Positions 22,111 to 30,825 of a DNA stretch of 32,000 nucleotides are shown piece after piece. The notes below the pieces were generated by a model. The model saw only the letters and a list, made by a program, of their open reading frames with translations. It searched no databases and was not told the DNA's origin. Origin of the DNA: Synechocystis sp. PCC 6803 substr. PCC-P (GTDB lineage: Bacteria > Cyanobacteriota > Cyanobacteriia > Cyanobacteriales > Microcystaceae); the NCBI RefSeq assembly GCF_000284455.1, contig NC_017039.1, positions 1,140,001 through 1,172,000 of the forward strand. Direction: 5' to 3'. Both the position numbers and the translations under genes were made by a program. Position 1 is the stretch's first letter. Each line of letters starts with the position of its first letter.

Positions 22111-23622
22111 TTAACCGCCAATGCCTAGCCTCAAGGCCCAGTTGGGGCTAAAGGGAATCAGGGTCAGCAACATTAACAATAGGGCTAGTAAACCCAAGCC
22201 GGCCCTGGTGTCGTCCGGTTCCGTCAACTCGTTTAAGCTGGGGCGTTCCAATTGCCGTTGCAAAAATAAAACCACGATCGCCCAATAGAGGGGAATGGGA
22301 TTGGCGGGGTTAAATAGGGAAACAGCCCCCAAAATAACTAGGGTGGCAATGGTGGTGCGGCGGGCTACTTTACGGCCGTAGATGGCTTGGACAATGCGGC
22401 CCCCATCGAGTTGCCCAGCGGGTAATAAATTTAAGGCATTAATTACCAAACCGAGCCAACCTAACACCGTCAAAGGATGGATGGAAATCACACTACTTTT
22501 TAGAGCACTGCCCAAAATTAATTTAGCTAACGTGCCCACCAACAGGGAACCTTGCAAAAATTGCACCGGCAGTTGAAATAAATTATTGCCCCCGGATAAG
22601 TTCAGTCCCACGATCAAAAATAGTAAAGAAACTAATCCCCCTATGGCCGGCCCGGCGATCGCCACGTCAAAGAGGGCATTGCGGCTGGGTAAAAGGGATT
22701 CAAAACGAGTAATGGCCCCAAAGGAGCCGATTTGCCAGTTGGGTAGCAAGAAAGGCCAACTCAACCTGACTCCCCATTTTTTCGCCTGCCAGAGGTGACC
22801 TAATTCATGGGCTAGCAAAATAATACCCACGGCGATCGCCAGGGGAACTGTTTCTCCCACCCGTTGCCAATTGTCCACTAAGTCAAAGCCCAACAGGGCC
22901 GCACTGGCTTCTAACGTAGTCACAATGGTGGCCACCAGTAACACCACCGCCAAATTTTTCTGGGCCAAGGTGCTGGGTTGGGGGTCATTAGTACTGGGTA
23001 AAATCACCACCACGGGGCGGTCTTCACTCCCTTCCACTAGGAAAAGGCGATATTTTTCCCCCATTAATTCCTTCAGTTTGCCCGATAGTTTACCGAAAGC
23101 ATCCTCCGCTTCCGTCCGCAAATTACCTTTAAAGATTGCCCCTTCCTGGTAGGCAATGGTTTCCGTGGCAAAAAAGCTATCAATGCTAAAAATACCTTTA
23201 ATAATGGCCAAATCTTCCGGGGGAATGGGGGAAGTTTCTTCTAAGTTTGTGTTGGCCGTGCTGTCACCGAGCACAGTGGTTTTATCTGCCCCATTGGCCA
23301 AATCTTGCAGACGTTGGGCTGCCTTTTGGCGCAACAGTTCCGCTTGTCCTTCTTCCCGCATTTGCCGACCCAGATAGATGTAAATGCCCCCCGACACCAA
23401 AAGCAAAACCAACACTGCGGGCAAACTGATGGATAAACCAAAACTAAAAAGGACAAAATATAATAGCCAAGGGGCCATCAGCACCACCGACTGGAGCCAA
23501 GCCAGTTTTCCCAATTTGCCAAAGGGTTTAGCCCGCCGATAGCCCCAGACTAAAACACCGATCGCCAGGGCAAAAATGGCGAAGACAATGGGGACTAAAA
23601 ACTGGTCTAGGGTAGTGGGCAT
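22111..23622 (-). CDS. Site-2 protease family (M50-like) membrane metalloprotease
   Basis: LAVGIILLAHELGHLWQAKKWGV (HExxH) and LGLVINALNLLPAGQLDGGRIVQAIYG (NxxPxxxLDGG motif) within a multi-TM protein. Confidence 0.92.
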   Translation of the reverse strand: MPTTLDQFLVPIVFAIFALAIGVLVWGYRRAKPFGKLGKLAWLQSVVLMAPWLLYFVLFSFGLSISLPAVLVLLLVSGGIYIYLGRQMREEGQAELLRQKAAQRLQDLANGADKTTVLGDSTANTNLEETSPIPPEDLAIIKGIFSIDSFFATETIAYQEGAIFKGNLRTEAEDAFGKLSGKLKELMGEKYRLFLVEGSEDRPVVVILPSTNDPQPSTLAQKNLAVVLLVATIVTTLEASAALLGFDLVDNWQRVGETVPLAIAVGIILLAHELGHLWQAKKWGVRLSWPFLLPNWQIGSFGAITRFESLLPSRNALFDVAIAGPAIGGLVSLLFLIVGLNLSGGNNLFQLPVQFLQGSLLVGTLAKLILGSALKSSVISIHPLTVLGWLGLVINALNLLPAGQLDGGRIVQAIYGRKVARRTTIATLVILGAVSLFNPANPIPLYWAIVVLFLQRQLERPSLNELTEPDDTRAGLGLLALLLMLLTLIPFSPNWALRLGIGG

Positions 23623-23675
23623 GGGTAAAACAAGTGTGGAAATTAGAATTATTTCTCAGCTGGGGTTGATGAAGA

Positions 23676-24587
23676 TTAGGGAGCAGCATCCATGGCCTGG
23701 CGTAAATTTCCCCCATGGCGATCGAGTTGAGCCTGGGCAGATTCTGCACTTAAACCAGACCAGTGCATTAACAAAGCTAACTTAACCCGTTGGCCACTGG
23801 CGACCAGTAATTCAGCCGCTTCCTCTCGGTTTAAATCGGTTAAATCTCGCAAAATTCTAATGGCTCGGTCTTCCAGTTTGCGATTAGTTACCGCCACATC
23901 CACCATACGATTGCCGTAAACTTTGCCCAACTTGACCATGGCTCCAGTAGACAGGATGTTCAAGGCCATTTTGGTCACTGTGCCCGCTTTTAAGCGGGTG
24001 GAACCGGCCAAAATTTCTGGCCCGGTTAAAAGTCTAATATTCACGTCTGCTTGGCAAGGAGCTTGGCTTTCCGGTACACAAGCAATAAAAATCGTTTTCG
24101 TCCCCCGGGCCCTGGCCGCATCTAACGCTCCATGGACATAGGGAGTCGTACCCCCGGCCGTAATTCCCACCACCACGTCCAACTGGGTAATGCGATGGTC
24201 GGCGATCGCCTGGGCCCCATCTGCCGCAATATCTTCTAAACCTTCTGAACTGCGGAGTAACGCACTGGCTCCCCCGGCTAAAATTCCCTGCACTAACTCC
24301 GATGGTGTACAAAAAGTGGGGGGACATTCCACCGCATCCAACACCCCCAACCGGCCACTGGTACCTGCGCCAATGTAGAAAAGTCTCCCCCCTTTAGCCA
24401 AAGCATCACTAATAATTTCAATGGCCGCCGCTAAATCTTCCCTCGCCCCGGCGATCGCCGTCACTGTCAGTTGATCCTGTTGGTTAAATAAATCTACCAA
24501 TTCCAGGCTGGACAACTGGTCCAAATTTTGACTTTGGGGATTGGTCTGCTCTGTTAATAAATGACCGCGCTCTTCTAAGATTTCCAT
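23676..24587 (-). CDS. murQ: N-acetylmuramic acid 6-phosphate etherase
   Basis: MEILEERGHLLTEQTNPQSQNLDQLSS; GGRLFYIGAGTSGRLGVLDAVECPPTFC; GLEDIAADGAQAI; VVVGITAGGTTPYVHGAL; NRMVDVAVTNRKLEDRAIRIL. Confidence 0.95.
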   Translation of the reverse strand: MEILEERGHLLTEQTNPQSQNLDQLSSLELVDLFNQQDQLTVTAIAGAREDLAAAIEIISDALAKGGRLFYIGAGTSGRLGVLDAVECPPTFCTPSELVQGILAGGASALLRSSEGLEDIAADGAQAIADHRITQLDVVVGITAGGTTPYVHGALDAARARGTKTIFIACVPESQAPCQADVNIRLLTGPEILAGSTRLKAGTVTKMALNILSTGAMVKLGKVYGNRMVDVAVTNRKLEDRAIRILRDLTDLNREEAAELLVASGQRVKLALLMHWSGLSAESAQAQLDRHGGNLRQAMDAAP

Positions 24588-24750
24588 AGGCATGGGGGAT
24601 GGGAGAAAGATGATCGGGGAAAGAAAAAACAAATTAGAGATTAAACAAAATCAACCAAACCAAATTTAGTCAATTAACTGGGACTAAGCTTTAAAATTAT
24701 GGTTAGTAAAAGGGTTAGTTAAAACCAGAAAGGACATGTCCACAATTTTT

Positions 24751-25167
24751 CTACAACAACCCCTCCAAACGACGGCGAATATTTTCTAGTTCAGCATCGG
24801 AAAATTCGTTGTCTGGCTTTTCTTCTCCCTCGCCTTGGTCAGTGTTTTGGGCTTCCCGGGCCGCCTGCAAAACCCCATCCGGGTCCCATTCCGGTTCCGC
24901 CACATTTTTTTCCGGAGGAATGGCCAGCATGCCTTCCGCCACAACCTCGCAGTCATAGCCAGCTTCTTGACAAAATTCTTCAATGTCCCGGGAATCCATG
25001 GCTTCAATGGAGGGGGGCGGGAAATCCTGGGCCTCTAAAAGCAGGGCATAACGGGTGGCATCGTCCTCGGAAGTGAACATCAAAATTTTATTGCGTCCCC
25101 CCATTTGTACGGTGTGGATGCCTTCATTATCCGTACCTGCGTTGAATAAAAGAACGTAAACACGCAT
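24751..25167 (-). CDS. DUF3110 domain protein, conserved in cyanobacteria
   Basis: MRVYVLLFNAGTDNEGIHTVQMGGRNKILMFTSEDDATRYALLLEAQDFPPPSIEAMD; acidic C-terminal tail. The ATG at 25167 is preferred. Confidence 0.85.
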   Translation of the reverse strand: MRVYVLLFNAGTDNEGIHTVQMGGRNKILMFTSEDDATRYALLLEAQDFPPPSIEAMDSRDIEEFCQEAGYDCEVVAEGMLAIPPEKNVAEPEWDPDGVLQAAREAQNTDQGEGEEKPDNEFSDAELENIRRRLEGLL

Positions 25168-25341
25168 AGAGTCAGCAAAATCTAAAAGTTGTCTATTCCT
25201 ACCAGCATATCGAGCTAGGGCAGTTCTGCAAAAATCAATGGGGCCACCGACGACATAACTCAAGCTGAGCATTCTTCGATGGCCCCCAGGGGAGAACCTA
25301 GGCTCCGCCCCTATGACGGGATAATCCGGTGGAGAAATGAA

Positions 25342-26328
25342 CTAGAAATTAAGTTCGGCAGCTTGAACTTTTTCAATCTGTTTTTTCTTCAACACCAACA
25401 GAATTTGGGAGAGCATAATCCCCGCCAAGAAGAGTACAAGGAATTTAATGCGGGTGGGATTTTGCAGCACTACTTCCGTATCTTTCTGGCCAAAACCGCC
25501 CACATTGGGATTATTGGTCAAAAATTCCCCAGCTTCCACAGTTTGACCGGCACTGACAATCAATTCGGGGCCGGCGGGAATGTCCACGGTTTCTGTACCG
25601 TCGGCAGTGGTGAGGATCAGTTGGTAACCACCAGCTTCAAGGGCGTTAACTTCTGAAATGGTGCCAGCGTTGGGGGCTTTAAAGGCATTGTTATTGCTCA
25701 GCAAACCAGTGGGATAAATTTGTCCACGGCCCCGGTTGGCCCCCAGGTGGACAGCGAATTTACCGTAGTTAATGCTTTTATCCTTGGCAGGATCGGGGGA
25801 TAGCACGGGGAAAACGATTTCCTGATACTGCTCACCGGGCAGGGGGCCAACAATGACCACATTTTCCATGTCTTCCCGGTAGGGCTGGAAGTAGGTGCCG
25901 CCAACTTTTTCTTTAAGTCCCTCGGACAGGCGATCGGGGGGAGCAATTTTGAACCCTTCGGGCAACATCAACACGGCTCCAACGTTTAAGCCACCCTTGG
26001 AACCATCTCCTAGTACCTGCTGACTATCGAGATCATAGGGAATTTTGACTACTGCTTCAAACACGGTGTCTGGCAAAACTGCCTGGGGAATTTCCACTTC
26101 TGCCGCTTTCTGGGCGAGGTGGCAGTTAGCACAAACAATACGGCCAGTGGCTTCCCGGGGGGTCAAAGGCGCTGTTTCCTGGGCCCAAAAGGGATAGGCA
26201 GAGGCGGCCTGGGGCAGACCAAGGTCGGTGATCAAAAAGACGCTGACTGTGGCGATCGCCAACACCGTGAAGCGGCGCAGAGCAACCATGGTTTTCGTCC
26301 ACAGCCCCAAAGTATCAGGGTTTCTCAT
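25342..26328 (-). CDS. petA: Cytochrome f (apocytochrome)
   Basis: MRNPDTLGLWTKTMVALRRF..., ASAYPFWAQETAPLTPREATGRIVCANCHLA (mature N-terminal Tyr plus CxxCH), C-terminal TM LVLFLAGIMLSQILLVLKKKQIEKVQAAELNF. Confidence 0.98.
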   Translation of the reverse strand: MRNPDTLGLWTKTMVALRRFTVLAIATVSVFLITDLGLPQAASAYPFWAQETAPLTPREATGRIVCANCHLAQKAAEVEIPQAVLPDTVFEAVVKIPYDLDSQQVLGDGSKGGLNVGAVLMLPEGFKIAPPDRLSEGLKEKVGGTYFQPYREDMENVVIVGPLPGEQYQEIVFPVLSPDPAKDKSINYGKFAVHLGANRGRGQIYPTGLLSNNNAFKAPNAGTISEVNALEAGGYQLILTTADGTETVDIPAGPELIVSAGQTVEAGEFLTNNPNVGGFGQKDTEVVLQNPTRIKFLVLFLAGIMLSQILLVLKKKQIEKVQAAELNF

Positions 26329-26440
26329 CGTTAAGTTGAACGGATTAGGTTTAGGTGAACAGTAGGGGAAAAAGACCAGTCTCAGACAATTACACAAAAT
26401 TACAACAGTGTTGCTTACTCAACGGATAGCAAAGCTAAAC

Positions 26441-26983
26441 CTAAGCCCACCAGGGATCTTCGTCGGTGCGGAAATCGGTTTCGGTCCAGGTGCTGAGCAC
26501 TAATTTGTCGTCGTCGGTAACGGTAGCGTGGGCCAAAGCCAAAGAGAGGGGAGCCGGGCCACGGACCACTTTACCTTCAGCGTTGTACTGGGAGCCGTGA
26601 CAAGGGCACATAAATTTGTTTTCGCTGGCATTCCAGGGCACTACACAGCCCAAATGGGTACACACCGCATTAATACCATAGTTGGCGATCGTGTCATCCC
26701 CCTGGACTACAATATAGGTCGGGTCGCCCTTCAACCCCTGGGCCAACACCCGATCGCCAGCGTTATGGGAAGCCAAAAATTCCGTCACCTTAACATCATT
26801 ACCAAGGGCATCTTTGGCCGTTACACCACCGCCCGAACCACCACTGGAGGGGGGGATCAAATATTTTACTGCTGGATAGAGGGCCCCGGCCGCCACCCCA
26901 GTGATCGTACCGAAGGTCAATAAGTTCATAAACTGACGCCGACCCAAATCGGGGACATCAGGGGAGCCAGAAATCTGTGTCAT
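26441..26983 (-). CDS. petC: Cytochrome b6f Rieske iron-sulfur protein
   Basis: [26 protein letters not shown] Rieske cluster motifs; N-terminal [26 protein letters not shown] at 26983. Confidence 0.97.
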   Translation of the reverse strand: MTQISGSPDVPDLGRRQFMNLLTFGTITGVAAGALYPAVKYLIPPSSGGSGGGVTAKDALGNDVKVTEFLASHNAGDRVLAQGLKGDPTYIVVQGDDTIANYGINAVCTHLGCVVPWNASENKFMCPCHGSQYNAEGKVVRGPAPLSLALAHATVTDDDKLVLSTWTETDFRTDEDPWWA

Positions 26984-27216
26984 AATGAACCGTCTAAATT
27001 TAAGGATTTTTACTAACATTCACCGGAGAAACCCCGGCAACATCGTTACAGAGAGGCAGGCCGGCTAAGTTACCGCTACCCCGGGGATTTGCAATAAAAA
27101 ATGTAACAAGTCCTGTTCGATTATGACAGAAAACGCGCCAGCCCATCTAGACAAGGCTTTGGGCGATATTCCCTGACTAGCCAATGACAGTTTGTGGCCC
27201 CCTATGCTCCATAAGA

Positions 27217-27241
27217 CAAAAAAATCCCGGCGGGGCGGGAT
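27217..27241 (-). terminator. Rho-independent terminator downstream of psbH
   Basis: Minus strand reads ATCCCG-CCCCGC-CGGGAT followed by a run of T (plus strand AAAAAAATCCCGGCGGGGCGGGAT). Confidence 0.75.
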
Positions 27242-27307
27242 CTAAAGAAAGTTAACCAAAATTAAGTTGGGATTAAATTGGGTCAGGAATATGTCAACAA
27301 CCCCCCA

Positions 27308-27502
27308 TTAACCAGCCCAGTCCACGCTAAAGCCTTCGAGAATCAGAGAAGAGTTATAAATCTGCAAAATAATCAGTAAGAAAACCAGAAAAAGAGCCAT
27401 AAATACCCCCATGACAGGAGTGGTGCCCCAGCCCGGTACGACCTTACCGTATTCCGAGTTGAGGGGTCTGAGGATATCTCCTAACCGAGTGCGCTGTGCC
27501 AT
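27308..27502 (-). CDS. psbH: Photosystem II protein PsbH (64 aa)
   Basis: [64 protein letters not shown]; ATG at 27502, not the listed 27571. Confidence 0.98.
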
Positions 27503-27587
27503 AGACTTCCCGTAAAAATGACTAAATGAGTTTTTGTAATGTTCTGTAATAATATAAGACAACAGAAACAACTATCAATCTTACCCC

Positions 27588-27719
27588 ATGGAATCCGCAA
27601 CAGTTCTTAGCATTACTTTTGCTGTCATTCTCATCGCCATCACTGGTCTGGCTGTGTACACTTCCTTTGGCCCTCCGTCCGCTGAGTTGGGTGATCCCTT
27701 CGATGACCACGAAGACTAA
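27588..27719 (+). CDS. psbN: PsbN (43 aa)
   Basis: MESATVLSITFAVILIAITGLAVYTSFGPPSAELGDPFDDHED, ATG to TAA; divergent from psbH. Too short for the ORF track. Confidence 0.97.
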   Translation: MESATVLSITFAVILIAITGLAVYTSFGPPSAELGDPFDDHED

Positions 27720-27764
27720 GCAGACCAGTCCGTCAGGGTCTTTAATTTAAACACTAGTTCGCTG

Positions 27765-28034
27765 TTAAAAAGCCTGAATCCACTCTTTGACTTCATACTC
27801 TGTCCAGATGCCGTTTTGCCAGTAAGGATCTCCTTGCACCAACTTTTCCACCGTGTCCTGGTCTGGCGCGTCGTAAATTGCAAAAACCTGCCGTAAATCT
27901 TTGGTAGGTCCAATGGTAACCAACACACCACTTTCCTTTTGGACCTTCAGTCCATCTAGGTGTGCTTGACGGTGGGGGGCTCTTTTTTCTTCCACGTTGT
28001 CACAATAGGTTCCCCAAAGCACATACTTAGCCAC
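27765..28034 (-). CDS. YCII-related domain protein
   Basis: 89 aa: MAKYVLWGTYCDNVEEKRAPHRQAHLDGLKVQKESGVLVTIGPTKDLRQVFAIYDAPDQDTVEKLVQGDPYWQNGIW. Confidence 0.88.
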   Translation of the reverse strand: MAKYVLWGTYCDNVEEKRAPHRQAHLDGLKVQKESGVLVTIGPTKDLRQVFAIYDAPDQDTVEKLVQGDPYWQNGIWTEYEVKEWIQAF

Positions 28035-28215
28035 TGGTTACACACTCCTTTCTCAGCAACAGATACATAAAAGTTACCTAAGAATTCTAAATCATAACGG
28101 AGGGAGGTTTCCCTTCTTGGCCAGCTATCGTCATTAATCATGGCTTGGGAGTTTCCCAAAATAATTTTGGGCAAGCACTAGACCGCATTGCACATTGAGA
28201 CGGCAGTTGCCTTAC

Positions 28216-29274
28216 CTAATTGGAGCCGGCCAATTTTCCTTGGTAAATCATGCCAGTGGCATCGGCGGCAACCACTGTCTGGTCATCGGTGAAAATGACA
28301 GCGTTAATACCTGTAGTAGAAATTTTATGTTCTTCGACGATTTTTCCCGTGGTTAAGGAAATAATTTTAACAAAGCCTTGATCATCGGCGATCGCCACTA
28401 AATTTTCAGAGTTAATATCCAAAGCGTTCAGCCATGAGTTTACTTTTGCAAGGGTTTTATGGGCACCGGTGGCTAAATCTAGCTCTACTAACTCTCCGGT
28501 AAAGTAACCAATTAGTAGCTTGGCGCCATCGGGAGTAAATTTGAAAGTGTTGATGCGGCTGTTAATTGTTTTAAAGGTGCTAGGTTCAACGGGGTTACGG
28601 GCTGTATCATGATCAATATTAAAAATAGCAATTTCCCCCGTATCGTAACTAACAGCAACTTTGCCAACTTCTGGATTGGAGGTGTGGGTAAAAGCTAGAT
28701 TTCTAGCAACACCAATAGATTGGTAAAGCTTGAAGGTGTTAACCTCCGGGGGGGAAAGACTGATTAATCGTGAAATGGTCACTGAGCCATCATCAGAAGA
28801 TGATAATAGATAATCTTGGAGAATTAATGAATCTGTTACCGCCGCTTTATGGAGGGGAATATCAAAATTTTCCTGGGAGTTATGCAAAACACTGCTTCCA
28901 GTGTAGATAGAAGAAATAAGGAAAGGGATCGAGCCAAATTCCCCATACCTAGCCCGAAAAAAACGTTTACAGTTTTTAAGAAATAAATTATTTTTCTGAT
29001 CTTGGTTTAAATTAGCATCGAGAAAAATCAAGTTGCAATTATAAAAGCCAATGGCTAGCTGTTTTGACTCTGGATCTTGGGCAATGGAAGCCGCAGCTCC
29101 ATACTGACTAAGATCAATTTTTTTAACCACAAAAGGTTGTTCTTGACCCCAGACTCTTCCTTGCTGGGGAGTCAACCATAGACCAGTTAAGAGAAACGCA
29201 ACCAACAGCAAACGCTTCAATTGATTGTTTTTAGAATGGAAAAAATAATTTTTAAACCTAAATATATGCTTCAT
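28216..29274 (-). CDS. Predicted secreted WD40/beta-propeller-like protein
   Basis: 352 aa with N-terminal hydrophobic signal (LLLVAFLLTGLWLTPQQGRVWG) and repeated blades (KVAVSYDTGEIAIFNIDHD; INTFKFTPDGAKLLIGYFTGELVELDLATG; LVAIADDQGFVKIISLTTG; AVIFTDDQTVVAADATGMIY). Confidence 0.75.
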   Translation of the reverse strand: MKHIFRFKNYFFHSKNNQLKRLLLVAFLLTGLWLTPQQGRVWGQEQPFVVKKIDLSQYGAAASIAQDPESKQLAIGFYNCNLIFLDANLNQDQKNNLFLKNCKRFFRARYGEFGSIPFLISSIYTGSSVLHNSQENFDIPLHKAAVTDSLILQDYLLSSSDDGSVTISRLISLSPPEVNTFKLYQSIGVARNLAFTHTSNPEVGKVAVSYDTGEIAIFNIDHDTARNPVEPSTFKTINSRINTFKFTPDGAKLLIGYFTGELVELDLATGAHKTLAKVNSWLNALDINSENLVAIADDQGFVKIISLTTGKIVEEHKISTTGINAVIFTDDQTVVAADATGMIYQGKLAGSN

Positions 29275-29332
29275 ACCTTGATTTTAACCAGGGAATAGTT
29301 AATATAAATTAGCCGTGAAGTTGTTGAAAATT

Positions 29333-30442
29333 TCAAGCAAACTTGATACCAGTTTTCTCTTCTAGCTTATTTTTGATCAGAGATTGAGCTTGGGAATTTA
29401 ATTGACTATATATAAACCGATAAACTTCAATTAGCTTTTGCGGAGCTTGGGATAAATTAGGTTTAGTTTGCACCATGCCTAATTTACCAATTAATTGTTG
29501 GTAAGCTTGCTGGTTGTATTCTTCCTGAGCTCTGATTTGTTTGGCCTGATAAACCGGCAGAAGTTCCTTGATTACCGCCTGAACAGTAGGGGAAAGACTC
29601 TCCCAAAAACTGGTGTTGAAAAACGTGTTATAACCAGACCAAGCATGGTTAGTCATGTTTAAATATTTGGTTACCTCATATAATTTAAAACCTAATGCTA
29701 CAGATGAAGGATTTTCCTGGGCCTCCACTGTGCCATTTTCTAAAGCGCGAAAGACTTGATTCATGGTGATTTTTTCGGGAACAGCTCCTAGAGCTTCCAT
29801 GGTCATTGCCATGTCATTGGAAGGAGGAATCCTGATCTTTAACCCTTGAAAATCTTCTAGTTTATAAATTGGCTTACTGGCAATGGAAGTGACAATTCTC
29901 ATGCCGTTGTTAAACGTGCCATTCCGTAAATAAGTTAAATTATATTGGGCTACCGAGCCATTAAGAGCTTCCGCAAAGAGGGACTGATTAATAATTTCAA
30001 AAACGTCTTGGGCTGATTGATAAAGGAGGGGAATATTTTGCACACCAATGACATCGGGAGCTACTTTGTCGATGATGGGCCCAGCAACGCTGACAATTTC
30101 AAAACGTCCTCCGGTAATGAACTGTACTGCTTGGGGATCGCCAGCGGGAATGGAAGCGTCGTGGGGAATGGGGGAAACAAAAAGTTCTCCCTCCGTTTGC
30201 TTAAATACTTCTAGCCACAGTTCTTCTAGGGCTTTATGGAGAGGGCTAGTGTCGGGTTGATTATGAAGATGGAAAGCTCGAATTTTTGCTTGGCTATAAT
30301 ACTCCCCATACTTACCAGGCAGAGGCAAAATTTTGTTTAAAATTTCCTGGGGAATGCCCTCGGCTAATAGTTTTGGTGCGGCGATCGCCAGAAGGGAACT
30401 GGCCCCTGCCAAAGCGAGAAAATTTCTCCGTGAATGTTTCAT
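29333..30442 (-). CDS. TRAP-type (DctP family) solute-binding protein with Tat-like signal
   Basis: 369 aa: MKHSRRNFLALAGASSLLAIAAPKLLAEG leader; DctP features (ITGGRFEIVSVAGPIIDKVAPDVIGVQNIPLLYQ; FQGLKIRIPPSNDMAMTMEALGAVPEKITMNQVFRALENGTVEAQENP). Confidence 0.9.
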   Translation of the reverse strand: MKHSRRNFLALAGASSLLAIAAPKLLAEGIPQEILNKILPLPGKYGEYYSQAKIRAFHLHNQPDTSPLHKALEELWLEVFKQTEGELFVSPIPHDASIPAGDPQAVQFITGGRFEIVSVAGPIIDKVAPDVIGVQNIPLLYQSAQDVFEIINQSLFAEALNGSVAQYNLTYLRNGTFNNGMRIVTSIASKPIYKLEDFQGLKIRIPPSNDMAMTMEALGAVPEKITMNQVFRALENGTVEAQENPSSVALGFKLYEVTKYLNMTNHAWSGYNTFFNTSFWESLSPTVQAVIKELLPVYQAKQIRAQEEYNQQAYQQLIGKLGMVQTKPNLSQAPQKLIEVYRFIYSQLNSQAQSLIKNKLEEKTGIKFA

Positions 30443-30825
30443 AACTGATATTCCCCATTATTTAGCTCTGAATTATAAGGCGTAATTTTCTAGTCAAAGC
30501 TGACCTCGACCACATTTTTGGCAAAGCTTCCATAATGCCTGGGTGATGGAATAGGCGGCGGCTTTGGAAGCAGAAAGGGAAATTACTGGGAAAAACCCTA
30601 CAAATGAAGGGTTTAGCTTCCTAGAAATTGCTGCTTAAATCTTGGAATGTAGCATCGGCACAGAAGATGGTTAAGCAATGGTTATGAGACTTTCCTAAAG
30701 AATAATGATAATTTATCTACGGCTCTGGATAATTTTCTCGAAGACCTCCACCTCCCGGTCATAGACATAAGTACTTTCTACTTTGTTCAACATCCTGTTT
30801 TTCCTCTGTCTTACATAAGGTATTT

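Noticed and set aside
24034-24327. 97-aa ORF inside murQ
   Set aside because: Alternative frame of a well-recognised enzyme gene; no independent support.
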